Below are positions 12,194-22,524 of a stretch of DNA of 64,000 bases, one piece after another. The notes below the pieces were generated by a model. It was not told where the DNA came from, made no database searches, and saw nothing but the letters and a program-made list of their open reading frames with translations. The DNA comes from Pelomyxa schiedti (lineage: Eukaryota; Protista; Evosea): assembly GCA_020536535.1 (NCBI GenBank), contig JAHLWZ010000424.1, positions 73,340 to 137,339 on the forward strand, in the 5' to 3' direction. The position numbers were made by a program, and so were the translations under genes. Position 1 is the first letter of the stretch. Every line of letters begins with the position of its first letter.

Positions 12194-15100
12194 TTAGGTG
12201 GTATCATCTGTACCCAATGACTGTTCACTGAAAATGAGTGAAAGGATGAGATGACCAAATGCCCTTTTGTCCTCCCCAATGATTGCAAGAAGCCGGGGGT
12301 CATCACCCATGATTGTGTCATTGTCTTTGGCGTGGCGGTAGGCCTGTTTGGAATGTCAGAATACTAGTGGGTTAATAACTGGTACCTTCTCGAAAAGATA
12401 CTTCCCAAGTTTTTTTATACAATACCTTTTTTGTGAAAGAGAAAGCCAAAGTTAGATGATGATTCCTTGCCAAGGAGAAACGCACTCTCTTATAAGTGGG
12501 ATTCTTTCAGAAAGTGCACCAGGCAGTGGATATGGAATGTCATCGCCGTCTGTACAATCTAATTCATCTGCATCTTCCCCTGTAATGCTACAACTTCCCT
12601 CTGTGCTTCCACTTTCGAATCCAGGGCCAAACTCTTCGTCACTTATAGAGTCGAAGTCCCCTTCCTCGTCAAGACTCAGTGTGCCACTGCTACAGTCCTC
12701 TTCAGAAGAGTTGGTGGTGAGAGGAATATCCTCATGCTTCTCAGCAGCTAGTTCGATAAACTTTAGTCTTACTTTCTCCATGTCTGCTTTCTCTTTTTCT
12801 TCTCTGTAATTATGATTAGTTTGTATGTACTGCAAATAATTTATTTGGGCAGTACACTTCTTGTGCATATAAAACATCTAATGCTGCGATTTTTTCGCAT
12901 TCAGCTTGCTCGAGAAGGGCTAAGCGAGAGACTAAGCTCTCTCTGTCCTAGAAAAAGAAATGTTGGAGAAAAAAAGGAACCAAAATCATACAAAAGCCCG
13001 TCTGGGTGACATTACAGAGGAGGTTATGTCGGAAATACAATCATCGCTGCTTCTACTTTGCTCCCTTTTATTGGAGGAAATCAGTAACCCTCTCCAAACA
13101 AGGCAAACAAGTACCTTCTCGGAGAACGAATTGGCAATGCGTCCATGGATTGTGAAGATCTAAATGGTTGAGGCTGTGGTATTGGCTCCTGTGATTGTAA
13201 TTCTGATTGTTGCTGTGTTTGTTGGGGTTGGGGTTGTGGCTGTGGGTGTGGTTGCGGTTGCGGTTGCGGTGGTGGCAGTGTCTGTGGTTGTACATTTGAG
13301 GTAAATACAGCTGGTGATGTAGATGAAGTTTGTTGCGATACTACATTAATAGTCTTTTTCTCTGTACTGTCAATAGTTATTACTGGATGTGGTGCCGTTT
13401 TGGTTGGAGCAGTTGATGGGAGAAGTTGCAGAGGTGCTGGCGAATCCCGATTTCTTGGGGATGCAACAGATGTACGTGAAGTGCGAGGAGCTGAAGTTGC
13501 GGGTGGATCACTATGTGAAGAGGATGTTTGAGGTATAGATGGAATTTCCATTGGTTGTACTGGCCCCGGATTTCCCGTGACGGGAGGTTGCTTTGGGTTG
13601 GGAGTGAGTTTTGCAGTTGAAGTAGTGTTCCGTGTAGTGGTGACGCTGGGGCGAGCTGCTGACTTTACTTCATTGGTAGCTCTGATTGGGTGTTGTCTTG
13701 AGTCGATAGTCTTGGATGATGTATGAGTTGTGTGCTGTGGAACAGCTCTGTTTCTTGAATCTAATGACATGCGAGGTCGATCTTTCGGCTGTGTGGCTAC
13801 ACCCGATTGATGCTGGATGTGATTTCTACTCTGAGGTTCGGGTAAAGGAGCAAAGGATACAGGTGTAGAAATCCTACTACTATCTGTGGGTCTCTGAGGA
13901 CCGGCGCTGGTGCTCCGACCAATGGGTTCAGGATGGCGAATAGATTGACCGCTATTCACATTGTTTGCTTGCTGTAACGGAGGGGTCTGGCGGTGTTCAA
14001 CTTCCCGGCTGTTTCTTGCAGATCTAGGTGGCGGAAGTTCATCTCTTATGGAGGGGCGGTACTGTCTTGCAGATGCAGGAGGTTGCAGTATTCTAGTTGA
14101 TCGAGAGGTTGGTGGGTGCTGATGATTTGGAGTTGGTGTGTGGGATGGAGTCTGGGAATTGGATACAGCCACAGATTTATTTGATTGGGTTTCTCCAATT
14201 TTATCTAGAGGCAGTTTTGGTACTGGAAATTTGGAGGGATCGGTTTGAACAGTACTTTCAACATGCCTTGACTTATCAGCCGTAGCCACAGCTACTTTCC
14301 GTGGAGTTGCTATGTTAACATATTAATTATTGAGAAAGGAAGTAGGTATAGAAAACCTATTTCACTTAATTTACGGAGCACTTCCTGTTTCTCCTCCCTA
14401 GTGTTCTGTAGATCTTGGGCTATTTTAAGGCGCTGTTGCTGTGCAACTTGTGGTTTGGAAACCTTTAAACTTTAAGGGTAAAAAGACAGTATGGTGCACA
14501 AACTCTTGCCGTTCCCGGGATGCGGTTATGAGCTGAGGAGCTGGAGACGGCTGTGTTTGGTTGTACAGATGGTGGTGTTACCTCCGGTTGAGGTTGCTGT
14601 GATTGTACTGTTGGTTGCTGTGTTTGGGTCGGTGGTTGCTGTACTTGTGAGGCTGGTTGTGATTGCACTTGAGGAGTAACTCCAATTTGAGGTGCCACAG
14701 GGGTTTGAGGTGGAGCTGTTGATGATGGGCTAATAGATTTTAATTAGTCGGGTTATAAACAAGGTTGTAAATAACTCACTTGCTTGTACATCTTGGTGAT
14801 ACCGAAATCCTTATTTTATATTAAAAAAAACATGTTTATCCTTTGGTCCTTATTCATACGGAATTGCTTGTTGAGAGCTCGTTTCTTCAACAAATCTCTT
14901 AACATAAGGTGTTTCCAGTATCGCTCGTACAAAAGGCCTTTTACTGGCCATTTTATTCAACAGACTTAAAACCTTTTTTTTTGAATGTCAGTTTTATCAA
15001 ACCGAGTTTCTGCATACTAAGCTACGAATATCAGGGGAGTACTGTGATGGAATAGTTGGTGTGTTACAGTTTAAAATATTGTGAACGAGGCTAGGGTAAT

Positions 15101-16362
15101 CCTAATTGCAATTAACTGGGACATGGCATAAACAGGTGCCCAGGCATTGTTAACAACCTTCCCTTCGAATGCATGACGGAGAGTCATCATTTCAAAAAGT
15201 ACACAACCAGCAGCCCAAACGTCAGATTTGTAGCCATATCTATACACATGAGAAGTAACCATTTATAACAAGGGAATTTACGGCTTGCTTTTAATAATCT
15301 CAGGACTGAATAATGCATTTGAGAAGAGTTAAGCCTTGTTGGTTAGTGGAAGAGTTACCTCATATAGTATGGAGTTCCTATGACAGTTTTGGCAAATTCA
15401 CATGAGGGTTCAAGTGATCTCGATATACCGAAATCTCCTTCTTGATATGAGAAGGGAGGAAACTTGCTGAATAGCAATATGTTCATGAATCACATTTATT
15501 TACTGGTTGCATGTCATAATGAAAGAATACCCAGTTTGATCACATTGTTCTTGGTCAAAAATATATTTTGAGTTTTGATATCCCGGTGTAGTATGTGTTT
15601 ACTGTGAATATAGTCTAGAGCAAAAAGAATTTGTGTGAAATATTCCATAATGGTCTGTTTTTTTTTTTAACACAAGTATTTTCTTAATGTACAGCTAAAA
15701 CAAGGTAGAATAACCTTTTCTGATAGGTATGCACCCTTTTGTGCCACAAGATGTTTAAGCATGTCACCACGGTCACAGTATTGCATGATAACACACAGAT
15801 ATTTCCTTGGTGGATGCCCAGTGGTCATTTCAAAAGAGTGTCTGTATTCAACAATGTTGGGATGTTGCAAACTCTCAAGCATTTTCACCTAAAGCAGTTA
15901 ACGAATAAATAATCGACAATGCAAAAAAAGCCATCAAGCCCGAAACAAAGAGGTAGGGGAGAACGAATTTGCCTCTGTCAGGGCGGACTTCCTAGCCTTT
16001 TCGTTCTGCAGCCCCATTTGCTTCAGCACCCATAATCCCCTGTCGTACTTGTCCCTCACCAGGAATATCTCGCCATACGAGCCAGTCCCAATCGACCTCA
16101 CCAGCTCGTACCTCTCCATCGACGGCGGCGCCTGATGCAACCCGCCGGCTCCGCCTACGCCCCCGCCTCCCCCTCGCGTCGCCCCTTGCTGTTGTGGCCT
16201 TGCTGCTGGTGGCTCCTGTTGCTGCGAGTGGGGTGTGTTGGTGGGAGAGACGACATCCGAGACACTCCCGGGAGGGGTCGAAACCTTGCTTTGTGTCGAC
16301 GACGACGACGCGGCGTCGGTGTTGCTGCCGCCTCGATCGTCGACGTTGCTCGTGGCAGACAT
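12194..16362 (-). CDS. NEK: NEK (NIMA-related) Ser/Thr kinase with long low-complexity tail
   Basis: YELVRSIGTGSYG, VLKQM, LQHPNIVEYRHSF, MQYCDRGD, ILHRDIKTQNIFL, AKTVIGTPYYM, YKSDVWAAGCVLFEMMTLRHAFEG. The C-terminal acidic and helical exons end at TAA 12194-12196. Confidence 0.93.
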
Positions 16363-16950
16363 GGCGTCTGTTTTTTTTTTTTTGTTTCCTCCCTTCGTTT
16401 GTTTGGCGAAAAAAAGAGCACAGGGAGGCAGGTTTGGAACTGGCCCCTTTTTCTTGTGTTGACACGCCCTCAAGTTGAAAAGCAAAAATAAACAATGGTT
16501 GGGAACCTGAACTACTGAACACAGATAAGTGTGCTCTTGGCAGGTAAAAAGGGTGTCCTTTTCCCCAGCTATGTGGTATGAGGTTGATGGTTTGCCCCAC
16601 TCAGATTATACATTGCCTTCACCAAGGGACCCTCAGAAATCTAGTGATCACCTGCCTAATAACAAACCCCCATCACTGTGATCAGTGTTGTGGTTTGTGC
16701 TGTTCCCAACAACAGCCATTCCCCTAACAGATCAACCTGATTCAACCCAAAAATTCCAATCAGAACTAATGTCCTGAGGTTTGAAAGTGGGTTGAGAGAA
16801 AGAGGGAAGAAAGTATCTGCATCACAGCCTCAGGCAGTGCTATCAACATCACAGACTCAGGAAACCCCATTGACTTCTCTTGCCATCATTCTAATCCCAC
16901 TATCTACAGTCTATCTCACAAGCACCTAGAACAAGCCTTTCTACGTTCAT

Positions 16951-16958
16951 TCCCATAA
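16951..16958 (+). promoter_or_regulatory. DUSE-like snRNA-type upstream element TCCCATAA
   Basis: Matches the Dictyostelium upstream element consensus [AT]CCCA[CT]AA. Its core lies 63 nt before the predicted 5' end (17015) of the structured RNA; the same core is 61 nt upstream of U2 in this window. Confidence 0.65.
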
Positions 16959-17014
16959 TACAATGTACCAGACGAAAATTGAATTTATCTGCCCGGAGTG
17001 ATACCCAAAACTTC

Positions 17015-17481
17015 GGGTTGTGTGCATAAAAAGCACGAGCGTTACTTCAACATCTTGTTTCAATTCATTGAATGGAATCTTCCGACGACCTTTGCGAAAA
17101 ATGCGTCTTTTCGCCGATCCCAAATCCGAGGATGGGGCCACCACCATCTCCATCGATTGGGCCTCATTACCCCGTTGGGGTCTCTGGCACGATGACGGTT
17201 GTCATTGTCGCAAAGTTCTGCGACACCGGGTACTAAACTCGGCTTGCCGTGCTTCATCGGGGTAACGGGACCACCAATCCCGTTCCCATTAGGGGAGCCT
17301 GCGCCCCGGCAGGTAGTCGAGCCGCGACTCCCCAACAAACAATCCCGCCTGCTGCACGCCTGAGCAGGAGTCCTCTTCAAACAGGACCCTGCCTGGGCGA
17401 TGCCGGGAGGCACTGACTTAATGGGAATGGCTCGCTGAGCCACCAGACCACGCTTGACGCAACCACGCAACCCACTTTTTT
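17015..17481 (+). ncRNA. Unassigned ~460-nt structured ncRNA gene with terminal 5'/3' helix and 3' oligo-T
   Basis: 10-bp terminal helix 17015-17024/17464-17473; at least 11 further helices; G-U wobbles favour the + strand; T6 at 17476-17481; DUSE-like element upstream. Confidence 0.75.
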
Positions 17482-17488
17482 ATTTTTT
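17476..17488 (+). terminator. Oligo-T tract (Pol III-type terminator candidate)
   Basis: TTTTTTATTTTTT begins 2 nt after the 3' strand of the terminal helix. Confidence 0.5.
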
Positions 17489-17642
17489 CTTTGGGTTTCC
17501 ATACCGGCTGTTGTGTTGGCTTCACTGATTAGAGGCTGGGTAAGAGTATTTAATTGTCATTTATTTGTTGTAAAGTGAAAAAAAAGAGGACTTCGAAAAA
17601 TGAACAAACTGCAAAGAGTTTTTGTTTGAAATCACTCTCTTA

Positions 17643-20195
17643 TCACCGCATGATGATCCTGATGCCATGCAGTTCAGTAGGTGCCATTGGGGATTCATCA
17701 CTGGGACAGCTTACAAACATGTAGTTGCGTGGTACTTTCAGAGTAGCACTGAGCCTGTCTATCGAAGCCGGAGTGAATGGAGCCTTGACCAGCAGCACAT
17801 TGACAGTCACAGTAGGGAACATGGCATCCAGCATCGCCACTACTTCCACCAGCCGAGGCGGAATCAATTGTGGGTCAGTGTAGAAGTGCACCACAGTCAG
17901 GCTGTTTGTTGTCAGTTCGTTGTCATGGACGTACTGAACGGCCTTGCGGAGAACATCCAGTTTGTCACTCTTGGCCAGGAATATAACTTCATGGCGCTGG
18001 TGGTAAGCTTTCAGTAGAACCCGGTTGAGAACGCGACCAATTCCGCACGGTATGGATGAAAGCTTGCTGTGCAGGATAATCCTCAGTACGTTGGTGCGGT
18101 AGAGCATGAATACAACCACGGAGCAGACGCCGGCAAAGTAGAAGGTGAAGTACTTGACTATCTCAGAATCGTGAGCGATGTTTCCGGACAATCCTATGGC
18201 AATGCATATGATTCCAAGCAAAGTGATCGGCCATGGGGAATGAACCAGTCTAGGCAAGTTCCCTCTCTTGTACTTGAGTAAGAAGTTGCTGACTCCAGCA
18301 ATAATGAGCACAGTTAAAAAGGCCACAGTATATACACCACTCAGAGCGGTAACATCTCCTTTTGTTAGCAAATAGAGAGAAGAACTCAGCACAAAGAAGC
18401 AAATGATAATCCAGTGAAGCGTGTGAAAACATGAGTTAGCCTGCAAGAGGAATTGGGGCAAACAGCAGTCACGTGCCAGTCTCTCCCCAAGACCAAGTAT
18501 TCCAACATAAGCTGTGAGAACAGCACCACAGAGCACAATAACTGCATCCACTCCAACCCAAGTTGTTAGCCAGTTGGATCCCGGAGTGGCAGCGGCAAGC
18601 AACATGAGAGCGGAGGAAATATTATCTTCTGTGATGTCTGACAAAGGAACCAATGCCAATAACAAAAATTCAATGACAACGTTTTGAAAAGTCAAGATGA
18701 CCCAGATGTTACGTAGAACCTTGGGGAAACTTCCTGGAGTTTGGCTCTCAACAAAATTGGCAGCACTTTCAAAGCCAGTCACTCCTAACATGGCAGTACT
18801 GAAACCGAACCATAGGTCTTTTCCATAATGTCCAGAGATAGTCGGTGAGTTCCAATTATCAACGAGCACACCAAATCCATCAGATGCCAAGGCAGCAATA
18901 CTGAAGCCACATAATATCAGCATCACTAAGAGATGGTGAAAGAAGATTGCCATGGCAACAAATGCGCTGTCTCGTACACCAAACATGCTCAAGCATGCAA
19001 ATAGGAAAAGGAAAACGAGAGTCATCCAAAATCTCGGGCAACCACTGTATATGCCATGTAGGTAGCTTGCACCACTATCCGCACTTACTACAGCTGTTGC
19101 AACGTAACTTAGGATAATCAATACTGAGGAAATAGCGGCAGTGTGCTTGCTGGTAACATTGAGAAGGATATTGTAAACACCACCTAAGTTTATGTCAAAA
19201 GAAGGGAAGGTGAGAGAAGACGCCGCACCATTTAAAGGCAAAGCAGTGACGACTTCAGAGTAGATGTATCTATAGCAAAACAAAGGCAAGCTAACCAGAG
19301 CCAAAGCAATGGGGCTGAGCTTCCCACTCACAGAAGCACAGAGCCCGCTCGTGTACAGCACGCTACTGGCGCAGTCGTTCCCCGCAATAGCACTGGAGGC
19401 CCACTGCCCAATCTTGCCCTCCTCGCCCCCGCCGCACATCCGCCTCCTCAGCCGGTGGGCGCACTGGGGCACCCGCCCACAGCACCCGGTCCCATTTATA
19501 GCTATGGGCGACTCGTCAGCCCCAAACTCCCCCGCGCCCTCCTCCTCGTCGTCGCCGTCGCCGCCCGCGCCCCCCAGAGGAGCCATTGGGACGGCGCTGC
19601 TGAGGGGGACGCCGGCCTCGCCCTTCTTGTTGGTGTGCTTGTTTCGCTCCCTCACCAGGCCGTTCCTGCAGGTGGTGCCAAAGTCCAGGTGCTGCGCCGT
19701 CCCCCTGCTCGCCTGCTCCCACCCGTCTGGCAGCGAGAACGTGCCTCCGCCGTACGAGTAGTCCAGGTCGTCCGCCCCCGCCCCCGCCCCCGCCCCCGCG
19801 CCCACGCCGCCGTACTCCAGCCCCCCGAGCCCCTCCAGGTCCAGATCCCCGTCGCCCGCTCCAAGCACGCCGCCGCCGGCCGCCCCGGTGGGGTTGCCTA
19901 GCCCAATCACGGCAGCAGCCGCAGTCGAGGGCGTCGCAGCTGGCGCCGCCCCGGTGGCCGTGGCCAGCGCCATCACGGGCCCCGCGGTGCCTGGTGGGCC
20001 CCCGGGTGCCGCCGCGGCCGTGGTGGTTGTGGTGGTGGTCGTGGTGGTCGGGCGGGGGGGCTGGCGCCTTGTGGACTGTATGGCCTCGAGGTAGTATGTG
20101 GCCTCGGCGTGCAGCGACTGCGAGAAGACCTGCGACAGGGGCAGCTGGTTGCGCGAGGCGCGCACTATGTCGACGCTGGGCCTGCCTCTCTTCAT
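17643..20195 (-). CDS. APC-superfamily amino acid permease with GC-rich low-complexity N-terminal extension
   Basis: GQWASSAIAGND..SSVLYTSG, ALPLNG|GVYNILLN, FSTAMLGVTGFESAANFVESQ, LTAYVG; about 11-12 hydrophobic segments. Probable in-frame 45-nt intron at 19184-19228. Confidence 0.93.
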   Translation of the reverse strand: MKRGRPSVDIVRASRNQLPLSQVFSQSLHAEATYYLEAIQSTRRQPPRPTTTTTTTTTTAAAAPGGPPGTAGPVMALATATGAAPAATPSTAAAAVIGLGNPTGAAGGGVLGAGDGDLDLEGLGGLEYGGVGAGAGAGAGADDLDYSYGGGTFSLPDGWEQASRGTAQHLDFGTTCRNGLVRERNKHTNKKGEAGVPLSSAVPMAPLGGAGGDGDDEEEGAGEFGADESPIAINGTGCCGRVPQCAHRLRRRMCGGGEEGKIGQWASSAIAGNDCASSVLYTSGLCASVSGKLSPIALALVSLPLFCYRYIYSEVVTALPLNGAASSLTFPSFDINLGGVYNILLNVTSKHTAAISSVLIILSYVATAVVSADSGASYLHGIYSGCPRFWMTLVFLFLFACLSMFGVRDSAFVAMAIFFHHLLVMLILCGFSIAALASDGFGVLVDNWNSPTISGHYGKDLWFGFSTAMLGVTGFESAANFVESQTPGSFPKVLRNIWVILTFQNVVIEFLLLALVPLSDITEDNISSALMLLAAATPGSNWLTTWVGVDAVIVLCGAVLTAYVGILGLGERLARDCCLPQFLLQANSCFHTLHWIIICFFVLSSSLYLLTKGDVTALSGVYTVAFLTVLIIAGVSNFLLKYKRGNLPRLVHSPWPITLLGIICIAIGLSGNIAHDSEIVKYFTFYFAGVCSVVVFMLYRTNVLRIILHSKLSSIPCGIGRVLNRVLLKAYHQRHEVIFLAKSDKLDVLRKAVQYVHDNELTTNSLTVVHFYTDPQLIPPRLVEVVAMLDAMFPTVTVNVLLVKAPFTPASIDRLSATLKVPRNYMFVSCPSDESPMAPTELHGIRIIMR

Positions 20196-20428
20196 GGTGG
20201 TGATGGTGTGTGTTTCGTGTTTGATTGTTTCTTTCTTGGTTGTGTTTTATTGCTGCTGGCACCAAGAGGATCCAGAGCACCCAGAATGCCCCATTTCGCG
20301 CTTCCAAACACTTCGGGGAAAGGCGGAAAACTTTCGCGCTGATGGGAGACAACTTCTTTTTTCTTCACTAAATCAACATTCCCCCTTGTTTAAGTTTGCT
20401 AGGCGTTGCCCAGGATCTTTCCTGAGAC

Positions 20429-22204
20429 CTAGTGGCACATCGAGTTAGCTTCGTTAACGCCAGTTCCTGGACATACTTGTTTGCCAGGTTTATAACTCAA
20501 TGACAAGGCAGTTGATGCAGACCCATATGTGCCTGTTCCTGAGTTGAAGTACAGCTTGCCATCAATTTTAGATATCCATGCATGGTGCGTGTGGCCTTTC
20601 CTCAATTTAGATACTATACTTGATGTGGAAACAACCTAAAACAACACTTTGCAAGCTCGGATCAGCATTTAGGAGCTTTACGGCATATCTACGATGATAA
20701 GTGTGGAATGCATTTCCATTTCAGTGTGTACATACGGATCACAAACTTCAGAGGCTTCCATGGACGCAAAAGTTGGAAACGCTTGTCCAAGGGACACAAG
20801 CACGTGATGCTTGACTTTGTCAATTGGAGGCTCAGACGAGGCTGTCCTAACAGAACCTGGCTCCACATCCGCTTTCAAGATTTCGTGATTGTGCATTCGA
20901 ACCGTCTGAACTGGATGAACTGTAATTTAGGGATGTGAAGACACACTGCTTCAAGGTAAATATCATAGATTTCCTTCTAAAGAATTGTTAGTTGTGCGTT
21001 TTATTATTGTTAAACTGCACTTACGGCAGTCATTGTCCGAGGGCCAGAGGGATGTGGCATTTTGATAAGGATCGTACTGGGGTCTTTCCCTCGCCCAAAG
21101 TGATTTAGCATTGCAAGTGTGATTGTACCAATGATCTCTGGTAGTGTCTTACCGTGATGAATATGGTCATGCATCTCCTGCAATTCTTTAGAGCTAATCA
21201 ATGAAATTTCCAGAAAACCTGGTGGAAAGCTTGAATGTAACTATGCACTGGCGGATTCCCTTTGGAATTAATGGGCTCCTCCAAGAAGCATGAATCTACT
21301 TTACTAAACAGGTACCCAAATGGAAGCATGCCAAAGACTGTTAATTCCTTCTCTTCCGTAACAACGTGATTGAAAAAGTCGTAACTGTGACCATGTTCAA
21401 ATCTAGTGGATGAAAAGATGAAGTTCTTTCCAAGTAAGAACTTCTAAACCATCCGCGAAGGAAAATTAACCTCCTTAACAGTCACTTCTACACCCTATTT
21501 TGCTTGTCACTTATTGGGTAACCAAGAAAAAGATAAATTGCACCTCAAAGAACTGTTGTATCTCAATTGGTTTCAAAGTCATGTCATGGTTTCCCATAAT
21601 ATAGACAAACTTGACACCTTCACCCTATTGCCAGAAGAATAAAAAGTATTCGAAACTGTATGTGGCATACAGCAAGCTGCCGGATAGTTTCCTTAAATAA
21701 AGCACATGCTCCTGGAAGATCGAAGTGACCTCCAGCATTCTGCAAAAATTTCTTGGTTTGTGGTGCAATGTTGGGATCTTTTATCGCCTCAGCAGCCGTG
21801 AAGGTCTCAATATCATGAATAGATGTAAAGAGGATGTCCCCTGGCTGGAAGAAAAAAAACCTCAGATGCAAAGTCAAATGACAGAGTCAAGTTACTTGTG
21901 CCCAAACGTCAAAAATGTCACCATTCATTATCACCAGTCTATTTGCTCTGCTCCTTTACCGCAATTTGGCATGATTCCACATAAACAACAACCAAACAAA
22001 CAAACACAAGGAGGACACATGCCATGCGCACCTTGCAGATACAGACCACGCCAGTATGTATGACCTCCACACGTTGATCCTCTCAGTGGGTGTTGGATAC
22101 CAACCCTTCTTGTTCTTGAACGGGAATGCACCGAGGTGCAGGTCACTGAACACAAACACCGCCGCGTCTTGGTCGCTCTCAAGCCCGCTCCCGCTGTTAC
22201 CCAT
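20429..22204 (-). CDS. Calcineurin-like metallophosphoesterase, probably N-myristoylated; 3' end approximate
   Basis: MGNSGS start, FVFSDLHLG (DxH), GDI motif, HGKT segment and C-terminal HTHH..LYFNSG, spread over several exons. Confidence 0.75.
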
Positions 22205-22524
22205 TCTTTTTCTGGTTCGTTGTTTATTCTCAAGAATTTTGTTCCATCATCCCGTGTTTGGTAAGGCCAAATGTTACAATGTCATTAAAATGGACCAGAT
22301 CTGGACCGATTTCCCAGCTCACTTTCGGAGTTTAATCTCGCAGGTGAAAATGTGGTTTGTGCGAAGAGGGCCGCGATCTGGCGGTTGGTGCATACATAAG
22401 TGATAAGTATCCCTATTATTATTCAAGATCAGTGGCGTTGGGGAATCGTTCATCTGAATCGCCAGGCCATACACTTGAAATGCTGAGCCCGAATCTGGGT
22501 TCCTTGAGCCATCTCTGACATTTG

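Noticed and set aside
17230-17335. Identification of the 17-kb RNA as SRP RNA (ACTAA..TCGGC and GGGACCACCA resemble human 7SL)
   Set aside because: The matching segments do not form helix 6, and no CAGG-GNRA-AGCAG helix 8 or Alu domain is visible. Left open for a covariance search.
17060-17470. 136-aa minus-strand ORF over the structured element
   Set aside because: Non-ATG start, no recognisable motif, and explained by GC-rich self-complementary sequence.
17457-17472. ACGCAACC x2 as a telomerase template
   Set aside because: It lies in the 3' strand of the terminal helix rather than an internal single-stranded region, and the telomere repeat is unknown.
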